IMG/VR virus record: IMGVR_UViG_3300005254_000140
Coordinates: 1-26,836 of that record
Origin: a virus
Taxonomy: Duplodnaviria; Caudoviricetes
Length of the DNA stretch: 26,836 bases
Strand: one strand, 5' to 3'
In this document: one piece after another, positions 15,679 to 25,103 of the stretch
How the letters are laid out: every line of letters starts with the position of its first letter
How positions within the stretch are numbered: the first letter of the stretch is position 1
Position numbers and translations under genes: made by a program
Notes under the pieces: generated by a model
Seen by the model: only the letters and a program-made list of their open reading frames with translations
Database searches by the model: none
What the model was told of the DNA's origin: nothing

Positions 15679-17198
15679 GGCACCTCTTCGAGGCGTTTTT
15701 TGTGCTCGTCGCTCTCCCATACACGCATCTGGGCCTTCTTTCCCCTGCCGTTATCAACACGCTTGCGCGTCGAGCGCCAACCGAGCGACTTCATGATCGG
15801 GGCCAATCGGTTCATGTGGGCCTGCTGCATGTGCGCGCCATCGATACCCAGGCACTCCTGCAGGATGTCCGCTGAGGTGACGAACGCCTTGGTGGTCGCC
15901 TCCAGCCACGGCCTGAGTAGATCCTCCCAGGGGTCACGCTGCAGCCTGGCGTCCTGTGCCTCGGAGACGAGGCTGAACTCCTCCTCCTGCTCGGGTGTTT
16001 CTTGGGAAATCCACCACTGGAATCCGGTCTCCTTTCGCGTTCGATACAGGTGCAGCGCCTCCGCCCACAGCTGCTCGCGGTGTTTGCGCACCCAGTCCTT
16101 GTTGACCGCGATGCAGTGCACCGGCCAAAACCTGCGGTTACCCGTATAGTCGCGGAGATAGGTGTCCTGGTTGGTGGTGCCCCAGAACTGCGTCTGTCGC
16201 GGGTGATCCTGCGCATAGCGGCCGTATGACGGACGGAATCGGTCGACCTGCTGCGAGAAGAACTGCTTGAGCTGCGTTACCTCGGCCTTGTTGAATGAGT
16301 CCAGCTCGCCGAGCTCGTAGCCCCACTTGCCGTGGATGAGCTGGTAGGCCTCCTTGTCGCCGATCGGAATAGGTGAGTCGCTGAACCACTCCCCGAACAA
16401 GATCGCGATGGCGGTCGACTTTCCGCGCCCCTGCTCGCCCTCGAGGATCATCACGTTGTCCATCTTGCAGCCAGGGTCCATCACGCGGGCCACGGCGGCC
16501 ACCAGCACCTTCGGGCCGACCAGCTGCAGATAGCGGTCATCGTCGGTGCTCTCGAATGTTTTCTGCAGCCAGGTGGGCAGACGGCTCACACCATCCCACA
16601 CCAGCGACTGCAGGAACTCGCGCACCGGATGAAACTTGCGCGAACGGCTCACCACAATGAGCGCGTCGTTGATGTCGGCATGCGACGGCGTGAACTCGTA
16701 CTGGTGTGACATCCACACCCTGAGCGCCGCCGCGTCCTCCTCCGCCCACTCGCCCAGCTCAGAATCCGGCATCGGCGGCAGGTGGCGCTTGATGATGCGA
16801 TAGCTCAGTTGACAGAATCCAAGCACCTCCAGCCAGCCCTCATCGAAGCGCAGTATCAGCTCCACGTTGCGCACCGAGGCCTTGAGGTTTCCCTCCTTGT
16901 TCCGCTCCAGCAGGAGCCGCCACTCTTCGTTGTGACGCGCAGCGTTTCGAGGGGGAGAATCCGCCACAGGAGGTTCTGCAGGAGCATACCGACGCTCGGC
17001 AGCGTCAACCGACACGGGCTCAGTGCTGCCGGTGGCGTGTACAAACTGGGTTTCCCCCTCTAAAGGCTGCGCCGGCTTATTACCTTCCTTTTGCCTCTCG
17101 GCATCGAGCGCGGCCAGGTCCTGCATCAGCTGCTCGGCGACGGTGTCTGTGCCTTGCTCCTTGGCCGCATCGTTGAAATCGGTCGGCCTACTGCTCAC
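15672..17198 (-). CDS. VirE/VapE-family P-loop ATPase (replicative helicase)
   Basis: FHPVREFL, ARVMDPGCKMD, Walker A GEQGRGKST, ELGELD, GTTN and TGNRRFWPV motifs. Confidence 0.92.
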   Translation of the reverse strand: MSSRPTDFNDAAKEQGTDTVAEQLMQDLAALDAERQKEGNKPAQPLEGETQFVHATGSTEPVSVDAAERRYAPAEPPVADSPPRNAARHNEEWRLLLERNKEGNLKASVRNVELILRFDEGWLEVLGFCQLSYRIIKRHLPPMPDSELGEWAEEDAAALRVWMSHQYEFTPSHADINDALIVVSRSRKFHPVREFLQSLVWDGVSRLPTWLQKTFESTDDDRYLQLVGPKVLVAAVARVMDPGCKMDNVMILEGEQGRGKSTAIAILFGEWFSDSPIPIGDKEAYQLIHGKWGYELGELDSFNKAEVTQLKQFFSQQVDRFRPSYGRYAQDHPRQTQFWGTTNQDTYLRDYTGNRRFWPVHCIAVNKDWVRKHREQLWAEALHLYRTRKETGFQWWISQETPEQEEEFSLVSEAQDARLQRDPWEDLLRPWLEATTKAFVTSADILQECLGIDGAHMQQAHMNRLAPIMKSLGWRSTRKRVDNGRGKKAQMRVWESDEHKKRLEEVPL

Positions 17199-18201
17199 GC
17201 CGTTCCTCCTGGTTATTATCGAAATGCGGGATCACCACATCACCGTCGACCGCCGCAGCAGCCAGAATGGCCTTGGCGACGCCGGTGTTGGGGTGTTTGT
17301 TCTTGTCGTTTAGGCGCGGGTCATCGTCGGCGACGACCTCGACCAGCACGTCGGGCCGCACGCTGGCCAGCCTAGCGATCTGCTTTCGTACCGCCGGTGT
17401 TAGTTCGCTCTGCTTGATAAAGGCCTGCGGATAGCCTTTGTGGATGTCGTGGTCGGCGAAAAAGATGTGGCGCCGATCTGGGTATACCCCTTTCAAAGCT
17501 TGCGCGACCGGCAGAATATTGCCGGCATCGAACGTCACGACCGTATCGATATTCAAGGCCTCAGCTATCGTGGCCGCTGTCGCGTAACCCTCGGCATAGC
17601 CAATGACAGAAGGAGTCCCTTCGGGACGTGTGATTAGATGAAAGCGGCCTCGTTTGGCGCCGCCGGTCAGGAAGCGCTTATTGCCCTCGGCGTCGATGAA
17701 CTGCAGCGTCCAGATCTGGCCGTCCACCTCGCGCGCCGGAACCACAATCGAGCCACGGGAAAACCGCACGCCCCACGCCCTCACCCGCTTCGTATCCAGG
17801 TACGGCGAGCGCCCCGAGTCAGGCAACTTGGCCCATATTGATTGGGCGCGCTTGGCGGTCTCTTGCTGGCGCTCTGCCTTGGCCCGCTTGTTCGCCTCAG
17901 CCGCCTCGCGCATCCTGCGCCGTACCTCTGCCGCCTCCTCTGCGGTAGCGCCTTTCACCTCCTCCAGGGTGAGCTTCTCCTCCTGGCCGGAGACGAAATT
18001 ATTCAGCATCCCAACGATGACCACACGGTCATCTTTCAGCTTCATTTCGGAGAGGCAATAGGTTCCTGACTCGCGCCCCTTCTTATCGCCGGCGACACGG
18101 CAGCGGTGCCATTCGCCATCGAGCTCGAAGGACTCCACCTCCAGACCGATGAGGTCCGCCAGGCGAAACACCTCGTCCAGCGCGGCAAAGCGATCCGTCA
18201 C
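17188..18201 (-). CDS. Toprim-domain DNA primase
   Basis: LQFIDAEGNKRFLTGG, AEGYATAATI, FDAGNI and FADHD motifs. Likely GTG start at 18201 overlapping the upstream stop. Confidence 0.9.
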   Translation of the reverse strand: MTDRFAALDEVFRLADLIGLEVESFELDGEWHRCRVAGDKKGRESGTYCLSEMKLKDDRVVIVGMLNNFVSGQEEKLTLEEVKGATAEEAAEVRRRMREAAEANKRAKAERQQETAKRAQSIWAKLPDSGRSPYLDTKRVRAWGVRFSRGSIVVPAREVDGQIWTLQFIDAEGNKRFLTGGAKRGRFHLITRPEGTPSVIGYAEGYATAATIAEALNIDTVVTFDAGNILPVAQALKGVYPDRRHIFFADHDIHKGYPQAFIKQSELTPAVRKQIARLASVRPDVLVEVVADDDPRLNDKNKHPNTGVAKAILAAAAVDGDVVIPHFDNNQEERREQ

Positions 18202-18380
18202 CGTGCCGCCTCGATGCAGTCGGTGCACACCGCAAAACCCTGCTTGCGCCGGTCATTCGGCCCACCGCAGCGAGTACAGGTGTTCGGGCCATCCAGGTCT
18301 ACAGCGGCACGGCGCGCCTTCTCGATGGCGTGATCGCGCTGCATCTGCTCAACGAACTGAGCATCCTCAGTCATTCCCAT
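18198..18380 (-). CDS. TraR/DksA-like C4 zinc-finger protein
   Basis: 60 aa; N-terminal EDAQ helix, CTRC...CTDC. Confidence 0.65.
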   Translation of the reverse strand: MGMTEDAQFVEQMQRDHAIEKARRAAVDLDGPNTCTRCGGPNDRRKQGFAVCTDCIEAAR

Positions 18381-18424
18381 GATTCCACTCCCTCTTACAG
18401 CTTGTTGTTGTTAAACCGGCCCGT

Positions 18425-18985
18425 TTATTCGGCCGTATTCTTGTCCAGTTCGCGCAGCACCTGCAGGCTCGACTCGATCACATCCAGAACCTCCTTGCGC
18501 GTCCTGGCCGAATCGAGCACACCATTGCAGCTCATGTCCTCGACCAGTGCCGCGTTCGCCTCGCTGAACTCCTTCAGCCAGTTCGCATACACCACCGGTG
18601 CCCTGTCGCTCGCATCGATGGGCAAATGCAGCAGGCCCGCGTTGTGCAGCAGCCGCTTCTGCAGCTCCACGCCCATGCCCGGCGCGATGCGCTCCAGCGC
18701 CGGCACCAGCGGCGCGCCGAACACCAGTGGGAAAATCGTCTTGCCCTCGATAGCGCGCCACAGCTTCTTGGTGTTGGCGTCCTCCTTGCGGCGGATGGTC
18801 TCCATCGAGTCATGGCGGTGCACCGGTTCGAAATCCGGCGCCCCAGGGCCTTCCGGGATCATCTCCAGGTACACCGGAACGAACGCATCGGTCAGGGTCT
18901 CGCGGGTAATGCGCCGGGCCGCCTGCAGCTCGTGGATGTACTCGCGGATAATGAGGTGGTCCGGGCGCTGTCCTGCAATTGACAT
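18425..18985 (-). CDS. Putative CII/YdaT-like regulator
   Basis: 186 aa with AAGGAG RBS, downstream of cro; family assigned mainly from position. Confidence 0.5.
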   Translation of the reverse strand: MSIAGQRPDHLIIREYIHELQAARRITRETLTDAFVPVYLEMIPEGPGAPDFEPVHRHDSMETIRRKEDANTKKLWRAIEGKTIFPLVFGAPLVPALERIAPGMGVELQKRLLHNAGLLHLPIDASDRAPVVYANWLKEFSEANAALVEDMSCNGVLDSARTRKEVLDVIESSLQVLRELDKNTAE

Positions 18986-19017
18986 GGCTAGCTCCTTGTC
19001 ACGTCAGTAGGCTGAAT

Positions 19018-19062
19018 AAAAAAAGCGCCTGCCGGCCAAAAGGAATAAAACCGGCAAACGCT
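19018..19062 (-). terminator. Putative intrinsic terminator downstream of cro
   Basis: Minus strand GCGTTTGCCGG-15 nt loop-CCGGCAGGCGC followed by T7 (stem includes G-U pairs). Confidence 0.5.
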
Positions 19063-19162
19063 GAAGATGGGCCTGCAGCCCACCAGGAGGAGGAAAAGAT
19101 GGAGCCCTCGCTTGTGATAAGCTCGAATCGCCAAAAACAAACTACTCATCAAGGAGCGCCCC

Positions 19163-19462
19163 ATGACCCAGTTGACCCCGCGCGCCATCGGCGTCGTTTG
19201 GTTCAGGCGAGAGGACTACGCGAAGGCCAGGAAACTGTTCAAAGACGGCCACAAGCTCTCCCCCACTTTCGACCAGTGGCTCAAGCGAGCGAAGAAGGTC
19301 ATGAATTTCTACGAAGCTCAGGGCTACACCGTCGAGAAGGCGTACATCGACCTGAACGCTTTCCCGGAGTGGTGCCGCTCCCGCGGCCTGGATATCGACG
19401 CCGAAGCACGCAAACGGTTCGCCAACGAGTTCGTTGCCGGGAAATACGGACAGACACACTGA
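19163..19462 (+). CDS. Hypothetical protein antisense to the cro operon
   Basis: 99 aa, AAGGAG RBS, GC3-rich codons; converges on cro. Confidence 0.75.
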   Translation: MTQLTPRAIGVVWFRREDYAKARKLFKDGHKLSPTFDQWLKRAKKVMNFYEAQGYTVEKAYIDLNAFPEWCRSRGLDIDAEARKRFANEFVAGKYGQTH

Positions 19463-19467
19463 GGCGC

Positions 19468-19698
19468 TCATGCCGCGGACGCCTCACGCGGCTGGTGGTC
19501 GGTTTTCTGCTCCCCAGACTTAGCCGACAGGTAATCATGCAGGCGCTGGATGCGACGGACGCCCGGGTCCCGGATCTGTCCATCCATCAACATGTAGTAC
19601 CAGCGAGTAGTAACCCCTGCTGCGCTGCAAATATGAGCAACTGGCTCTTGTGTGCTACGAGCCAGCTCTAGGGTTCTATCAAGGAGGTTTGTTTTCAT
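19468..19698 (-). CDS. Cro-like HTH regulator
   Basis: 76 aa, ICSAAGVTTRW...DPGVRRIQRLHDYL; divergent from the repressor gene. Confidence 0.8.
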   Translation of the reverse strand: MKTNLLDRTLELARSTQEPVAHICSAAGVTTRWYYMLMDGQIRDPGVRRIQRLHDYLSAKSGEQKTDHQPREASAA

Positions 19699-19705
19699 GA
19701 TTGCC

Positions 19706-19785
19706 AGTATGAAGGATGCTTCGCGCCCAAGTCAAGAAGGATGCTTCGCAGCTCGAAGCATTATTTTTGCGCGGGTATGTAGAAT
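19706..19785. promoter_or_regulatory. Divergent PR/PRM-like promoters with operators
   Basis: GAAGGATGCTTC at 19711-19722 and 19736-19747, plus a weaker copy near 19755. Minus-strand TTGACT-18-CATACT. Plus-strand -10 TAGAAT at 19780-19785. Confidence 0.75.
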
Positions 19786-19792
19786 CAGCGGT

Positions 19793-20182
19793 ATGTCATC
19801 GTCTATAGATAATTTTCTGACCAGCCTTGAGGTCATACTTGCTGCCAATAAATGGAGCAACAGAAAGCTGGCGCAGAAATCCGACGTTTCCGACAGACTG
19901 ATTGGGATGTACAGAAATAGAGAGGCGGTCCCGTCCATGGATAAAGCTGAACGTATTGCTAATGCGCTTGGCTTCGAGTTATGGCAGCTACAAATGCCGG
20001 GCTTCCGTCCGGATATAATTAAAGGCGAGAACTTCGATAGGCTTTACCATGCCTACCTCGACACTGACGAAGCCGGCAGGCGGGTCATGGAAACCACCGC
20101 CGATTATGTCACCACCCACAAACAGCCGGGCAATGACGGTGGAGCAAACGGTGGAAAGGGAAAGGCCTCGTCGGGTTCCTGA
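19793..20182 (+). CDS. CI-like XRE-family repressor (no peptidase S24 domain evident)
   Basis: WSNRKLAQKSDVSDRLIGMYRNREAVPSMDKAERIANALG HTH; likely start at ATG 19793 (129 aa). Confidence 0.85.
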   Translation: MSSSIDNFLTSLEVILAANKWSNRKLAQKSDVSDRLIGMYRNREAVPSMDKAERIANALGFELWQLQMPGFRPDIIKGENFDRLYHAYLDTDEAGRRVMETTADYVTTHKQPGNDGGANGGKGKASSGS

Positions 20183-20307
20183 CGGACGCCCTCGGCACAC
20201 GAGCTGAGCCTCGTCTGCCAGGAGGACGCCAGGGCGGGCGAGGCATCGAACAGGGAACGGTTCATTGATTCGGTTATTCTCGACTTCCCAACACACAGGA
20301 GGTGAAT

Positions 20308-20826
20308 ATGAAAACAACAACCATTGCGCTTGCGGCCATTCTTTTTTCTTACGGCGCCGCAGCAGACCAAATAACTGACAGCGCGATCAAAGAGTCTAGC
20401 CAATTCATCCAGGCAAAACCCGTGATGGAATCACACCTCAGCACAGCAAAAGGTGTTGTAGACGCATGGGAGCGCGCCGTGGGTCTTAGCAAGATGCTAT
20501 GGCTTCGCCATGACAGCAACCTCCCGCTGTCATGGATACAGCAGGTGAATAAACGTGTCATGACGTTGCGGCAGGTCAGCTACGACGACAACGCGAGCCT
20601 GGAAGAGCAGCAGCTGGCAGCCATGGTCAAGCTGTACGCAACCCATGCCGACCTGTTCATGATGGGTGAAATGAAATACAGCAACTTCATGTACACCAAG
20701 GACTATCTGGTTTCATACGGTCAACCGCTCGCTGAGAAATTGCGCGGTAAACCCTACAAGAAAAACACATGCAAATGGTCTGACGACAACTGCTCGCCAC
20801 CGCCGCCGGTGTGGGCGCAAAAATAA
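20308..20826 (+). CDS. Exported hypothetical protein (moron)
   Basis: GGAGG RBS; signal-peptide-like MKTTTIALAAILFSYGAAA; visibly more AT-rich than the structural genes. Confidence 0.75.
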   Translation: MKTTTIALAAILFSYGAAADQITDSAIKESSQFIQAKPVMESHLSTAKGVVDAWERAVGLSKMLWLRHDSNLPLSWIQQVNKRVMTLRQVSYDDNASLEEQQLAAMVKLYATHADLFMMGEMKYSNFMYTKDYLVSYGQPLAEKLRGKPYKKNTCKWSDDNCSPPPPVWAQK

Positions 20827-20839
20827 GGGCAACGTCATC

Positions 20840-21103
20840 ATGCGAAACAAAGAACAATACCAAGTAAGCAAACGGCTATATGCAGCCAGCTCTGATCTGG
20901 ATTACCTGTTGGATGTATTTGGTGACACCCTTGCGAAGCGGCAAGGATACAAAGGCCTCTCAGGACTAGAGGCCGTGCATTATTACCTCATACAAAAGCA
21001 CAACTGGCTCCCCTCTCAGGTGCTCACTATGTCTTTATCCGATCTTCGGCTCGCGCTGCATCAAGAGATGCAAGGCTGGACTGCGCCAACAGAAGCTCTC
21101 TGA
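20840..21103 (+). CDS. Hypothetical protein (87 aa)
   Basis: Open frame co-oriented with cI, starting 13 nt after the previous gene. Confidence 0.7.
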   Translation: MRNKEQYQVSKRLYAASSDLDYLLDVFGDTLAKRQGYKGLSGLEAVHYYLIQKHNWLPSQVLTMSLSDLRLALHQEMQGWTAPTEAL

Positions 21104-21416
21104 CATAGCGGCACTGCGTTGTCTCTGCCTTAACCGCCAACTGCTGCGCCTTTGCGCGCAACTGATTGGTTAGCGCTTCACTGTATGCGTCTTGCAGCAG
21201 CTCCTTCCCGTTCGCGCGCCAACCATCGACAAACGACTGCAGCATCGAGCCGGACGGCGCAAACACCCGCTCCAGCACCCTCCCATGCTGTAACATGCCC
21301 TCGAGTCCTTCAGGCGCCAGCACGGTGACCTGATACCCCTCCCGCTTCACATCAACAATCAGCTGACACCCTTCCCGCGGATAATCATCCGTGTAGAAAT
21401 CATCAATCTTCGGCAT
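21027..21416 (-). CDS. Hypothetical protein (129 aa)
   Basis: AGGAG RBS before MPKIDDFY...; the 3' end overlaps the convergent gene by 77 nt. Confidence 0.55.
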   Translation of the reverse strand: MPKIDDFYTDDYPREGCQLIVDVKREGYQVTVLAPEGLEGMLQHGRVLERVFAPSGSMLQSFVDGWRANGKELLQDAYSEALTNQLRAKAQQLAVKAETTQCRYVRELLLAQSSLASLDAARAEDRIKT

Positions 21417-21443
21417 TGCTCTCTCCTGTTTTGAATTAAGTGC

Positions 21444-21484
21444 GAAGGATACTTCTTGACACGTTGCGAAGGATGCTTCACTAT
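21444..21484 (+). promoter_or_regulatory. PL-like early promoter with two repressor operators
   Basis: GAAGGATACTTC (21444-21455), TTGACA (21456-21461), 17-nt spacer overlapped by GAAGGATGCTTC (21468-21479), then CACTAT. Confidence 0.8.
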
Positions 21485-21524
21485 CGCCGCAGTTGTCAAC
21501 ACAAAATGACAGGGGAGAGCACTC

Positions 21525-21902
21525 ATGACCGCATCCGCGCAACACGATGTTTCCCGGGAAACGCCCGACATGTTCGATAACGGCAGCTACTTCCTGCAGG
21601 CCTGGAAGGAAGGCGTCGAGCTGGTCGGGCCGCACCTGTTCAGCTGCCGGGCCCGCACGCCGCAGGACGCCGTCCACTGGCGCGAGCTGGTGCCCGACCT
21701 CGACAAGATGCGCAAGGCCCTGCCCAACAAATCCAAGGGCGAGGCCTGCCTGATGGCCTGCATGGCCAGCTTGTTCAACGACGAGGAGGGCCAGAAGCTG
21801 CTGAACAAGGCCGGCGCCACCTTCGGCAGCCTGCCGATGGCGATGGGCGAGCGCTCCCGCCACATCGTCGCCAAGCTGCTGCTGACTTATCGGGGGTGGT
21901 GA
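21525..21902 (+). CDS. Early hypothetical protein
   Basis: GGAG RBS; first gene after the PL-like promoter; strong GC3 bias. Confidence 0.75.
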   Translation: MTASAQHDVSRETPDMFDNGSYFLQAWKEGVELVGPHLFSCRARTPQDAVHWRELVPDLDKMRKALPNKSKGEACLMACMASLFNDEEGQKLLNKAGATFGSLPMAMGERSRHIVAKLLLTYRGW

Positions 21903-21904
21903 GT

Positions 21905-22246
21905 ATGCCCGCCACCCTCAACCCCGACGGCACCTTCGCCAAACGCCCGGCCATCGGCGAGCACTTCCTGCAGCTCGGTGGCGAGGTGTTCACCGTCGCC
22001 GCCAGCTGGCCGGGCGGCGTGGTGTTCGAGGGAGGCAAGCCCTGCAGCGCCGCCGACCTGGTCGATCGGTACGACCCGCAATGTCCGGAGTGCCGCGCCT
22101 TCCACGAACCGGACTACCCGCACGAACTCACGCCCGCCTTTCGCCTGCATATCCAGTGGCAACACGGCCGCCCGGCCACCCGTGAGGACACCTTCGCCCA
22201 CTGCGGCGGCGTGATACGCGCCGCCGTTGAAACCGCCTGCGCATAA
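21905..22246 (+). CDS. Early hypothetical protein with CPEC...H metal-binding motif
   Basis: CPECRAFHEPDYPH motif; tight operon spacing. Confidence 0.65.
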   Translation: MPATLNPDGTFAKRPAIGEHFLQLGGEVFTVAASWPGGVVFEGGKPCSAADLVDRYDPQCPECRAFHEPDYPHELTPAFRLHIQWQHGRPATREDTFAHCGGVIRAAVETACA

Positions 22247-22256
22247 GGAGAACGCC

Positions 22257-22535
22257 ATGCACGACAATATCCACCGTATTTCACCCGAAGCCGACCGCCG
22301 CGCCTACCAGGCGGTGCAAAACATCAGCCGCCTGCACAACTACCACCAGCAGCAGGAACGCCTGGAGCGGATGAAGGTGCGCCTGGCTCGCGAGTTTCTG
22401 GAGAAACACGAGCAGCACCGCATCGACTACCTGATCCTCGCCATCAACGCCGGCTGCTTCGCCCTCAACGCCGGCAACAGCTACGCGCAGGCCCGCTCCT
22501 TCGCCGAGGCGCGCCTGCAGGAGCTGGCGCAATGA
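22257..22535 (+). CDS. Early hypothetical protein
   Basis: TAAGGAG RBS before MHDNIHRI. Confidence 0.7.
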   Translation: MHDNIHRISPEADRRAYQAVQNISRLHNYHQQQERLERMKVRLAREFLEKHEQHRIDYLILAINAGCFALNAGNSYAQARSFAEARLQELAQ

Positions 22536-22786
22536 GCGGCCTGCTCGTCGGCCTGCTCGCCTTCCTCTTCGCCTGCGTGTTCATCGTCGCCTTTCTGCGC
22601 GGTGCGCACAGCGACGACGACAACGCCATCGGCGCAGAGGCGGCGTACCCAAGGGATGAGTGGCGCTTTGAATGTGACGAAGTGACTGGCCTGAGCAAGG
22701 AAGAGGCGGCTCAAGTCAAATCTTTTCTATCCAGGAGAGGCGACGGTTTCAAGTCTTCTGTTAAGGAGCTCAGCCGTGCTGATTGA
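22532..22786 (+). CDS. Small protein with N-terminal TM helix
   Basis: ATGA overlap with the previous gene; LLVGLLAFLFACVFIVAFL. Confidence 0.6.
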   Translation: MSGLLVGLLAFLFACVFIVAFLRGAHSDDDNAIGAEAAYPRDEWRFECDEVTGLSKEEAAQVKSFLSRRGDGFKSSVKELSRAD

Positions 22787-22994
22787 GAGCAAGAACATCG
22801 GCGACCTGCGCCAGATAGACCTGCGCATCGGCCACCGCCTGTTCGTCGTCGCCATCGATGTCGAGCGGCGGAAACCGCTCACGGTGCGCGTGGCCACCAC
22901 CAGCAACGGCGCCACGCTCTACGCCCTGCCACGCGGCATGGGGCGCGCCACCGAACGCGAGATCCGCGACCTGATAAAACAAGGAGCACTCTGA
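22776..22994 (+). CDS. Early hypothetical protein
   Basis: TAAGGAG RBS, GTG start, 72 aa. Confidence 0.65.
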   Translation: MLIESKNIGDLRQIDLRIGHRLFVVAIDVERRKPLTVRVATTSNGATLYALPRGMGRATEREIRDLIKQGAL

Positions 22995-23218
22995 TGCCGG
23001 AATACATCAACACCGCGAAGTTTCGCCAGCAACACCCGGCCAGCTGGAACGAGGTGTGGCGCATCATCAAGGCCGACAAGCCCGACTTTGCCGACTTCCT
23101 CAACAACCCGTTTTTCAAGGAATGCATCGAGACCTTCGACGCCTCCATCGACCTGCGTCTCGATGAACTGCCCGCCAGGGCGCTCCCGCTCATCCCGCGC
23201 GAACTCATCACCCAGTAA
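22994..23218 (+). CDS. Early hypothetical protein
   Basis: AAGGAG RBS, TGATG coupling, 74 aa. Confidence 0.7.
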   Translation: MPEYINTAKFRQQHPASWNEVWRIIKADKPDFADFLNNPFFKECIETFDASIDLRLDELPARALPLIPRELITQ

Positions 23219-23233
23219 CAGGAACCCGCAACC

Positions 23234-24902
23234 ATGGACAAAGCCTTCGAACTCAAAGCCGGCCAGCTGGCCGACGTACCGCTCAGCCTCATCGACCCCG
23301 ACCCGGAACAACCGCGCAAGAACTTCGACGACGACTACATCGAGCAGCTTGCCGCCAGCATCAAGCAGGACGGACTCATCCAGCCCATCGTCCTGCGCAC
23401 CAACCCGGAACAGCCCGGCCGCTTCTTCATCGTCGCCGGCGAAAACCGCTGGCGCGCCAGCAAGCAGGCCAAGACCCGGACCATCCCGTCTGTACTGCGC
23501 GAGGTGGAGGGCCTCACAAAGCTCATCATCCAGCTCAAGGAAAACCACCAGCGCAAAGACCTCAACGCCATGGAATGGGCGCTCGCCCTGCAGACCATGC
23601 ACAAGGTCCACGGCCTCAAGCAGGCCGACATCGAAAAGACCCTCAAGGAGACCGGCGTCGGCCAGTTTGGCCGCGCCTACATCAGCAACATGATCCGCCT
23701 GCTCGAGTTACCCGAGTGGGCGCAGAGCCTCATCCGCAACAACGCCATCACCGCCAGCCACGGCAAGTTCCTGCTGCAGGCCATGGCAAGTGAGAAGGTG
23801 ATGGAAATCATGCGCCAGCAATTCATGGATGGCGATGACCCATGGTTACCGACCACCAGTCAACTGCAGCAGCAAATATTCTGGAAGTTCGGCCAGAACC
23901 ACAGACCTGACCGCCAGTTACAAAACCGACTTTGACTACCGCGAAAAGTGCGTCAAGACCGGCTGCCAGAAGATGCGCAAAGTCTCCTCCGCGCACACTG
24001 GCGACTCCACCTTCTGCCTCGACCAGGAATGCCACGCCATCCTGCAGGCCGAGGCCAGACGCGAACAGTCCACGCAGCGCCAGGAGCAGCAGGAGCGCAA
24101 CCACGGCGGCGAGAGCACAACCCGAGAGGTTACCCTCGACGACGACAACCGCGTCGACATCAACCAGCAGCAGCTGCAGTTCCACCGCGACTACCTCGAG
24201 ATCGAAGGAGCCGACTTCGACACCCGCGTGTGTGACGGCTGCAAACACCGGCATATCGCCCTCCTCGGCTCCGACACCGACCAGCAGCGCGAGGTCGACG
24301 CGTGCTTCCTGCTCAGCTGCTACCACGAAAAAGATGCCGGCGCGACTCGCGCTAAGAAACTGGTCAAGGACCACATCCAGGAGGCTGTCGCCAAGCGCGT
24401 CCGCTTCGATGGCGAGCTCGCCGCCAGGGTGCTCGCCTGGTCCGCGGCATTGACCCCTGAAGTCTCGACCGGCGAAGACGGCGAGAGCATCGCCTACGGC
24501 TACAGTGTCCTCGATGAAACCGAGGAGACTGACGAGGCGCTTTTCGAATGCGGACTCACCCATGTTGGCCGCTTCCTCTCCGCCAGCAACGACCAGCTCG
24601 GCGAACTCGGCGCCTACGTCGTCACCGTTATGCACTGGAACGATGTCAAACAGCTCGCCGCCGCGATGAAGGTCACCATCGACGACTACCTCATCGACGA
24701 GCACTACCTCGCCGAACACACCGAAGACGAACTCAAGGTCATGGCCAACGCCATCAAGTGGAAACCCGTCGACTTCGCCGAACTCGCCAACGCCGAGAAC
24801 AGCGGCACCATCGACCGGTTCATCCTGCAGCGCGCCGGCGTCTTCGGCGTACCGAAAGAGATCCGCTTCGCCTACGAACAACTCACCCGGGAGGACGACT
24901 GA
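23234..24902 (+). pseudogene. ParB/Spo0J-domain protein, apparently split by a +1 frameshift near 23903
   Basis: ParB motifs QPRKNF, GLIQPIV, IVAGENRWRA and ENHQRKDL in 23234..23935. GC3-biased coding switches to the +1 frame at about 23904 (DLTASYKTDF..., Cys-rich) and continues to 24902. Confidence 0.7.
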
Positions 24903-25075
24903 TGCCACTCGAATCCATCGCCAGCATCCTGATGCGCCGCGACGGCATGAGCCGCACCGACGCCGAAGAGCGCGTCGCCGAAGCACGCGACAGAGTCGCC
25001 GAGGGAGAAAACCCCGAAGAGATCCTCCTCGACGACTTCGGCCTTGAGCCTGACTACATCTTTGAACTGCTTTAA
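24902..25075 (+). CDS. Small hypothetical protein (57 aa)
   Basis: GGAGG RBS, TGATG coupling; MPLESIASILMRRDGMS...FGLEPDYIFELL. Confidence 0.75.
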   Translation: MPLESIASILMRRDGMSRTDAEERVAEARDRVAEGENPEEILLDDFGLEPDYIFELL

Positions 25076-25103
25076 CCAACCACCAACAGCAAGGAGAAAG
25101 ACA

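Noticed and set aside
15429-15720. Repeat cluster as a CRISPR array, or as the 81-aa VTPVTP ORF
   Set aside because: The units are 5-10 nt in both orientations with no spacers and no cas genes; the peptide repeat merely reflects the DNA iterons.
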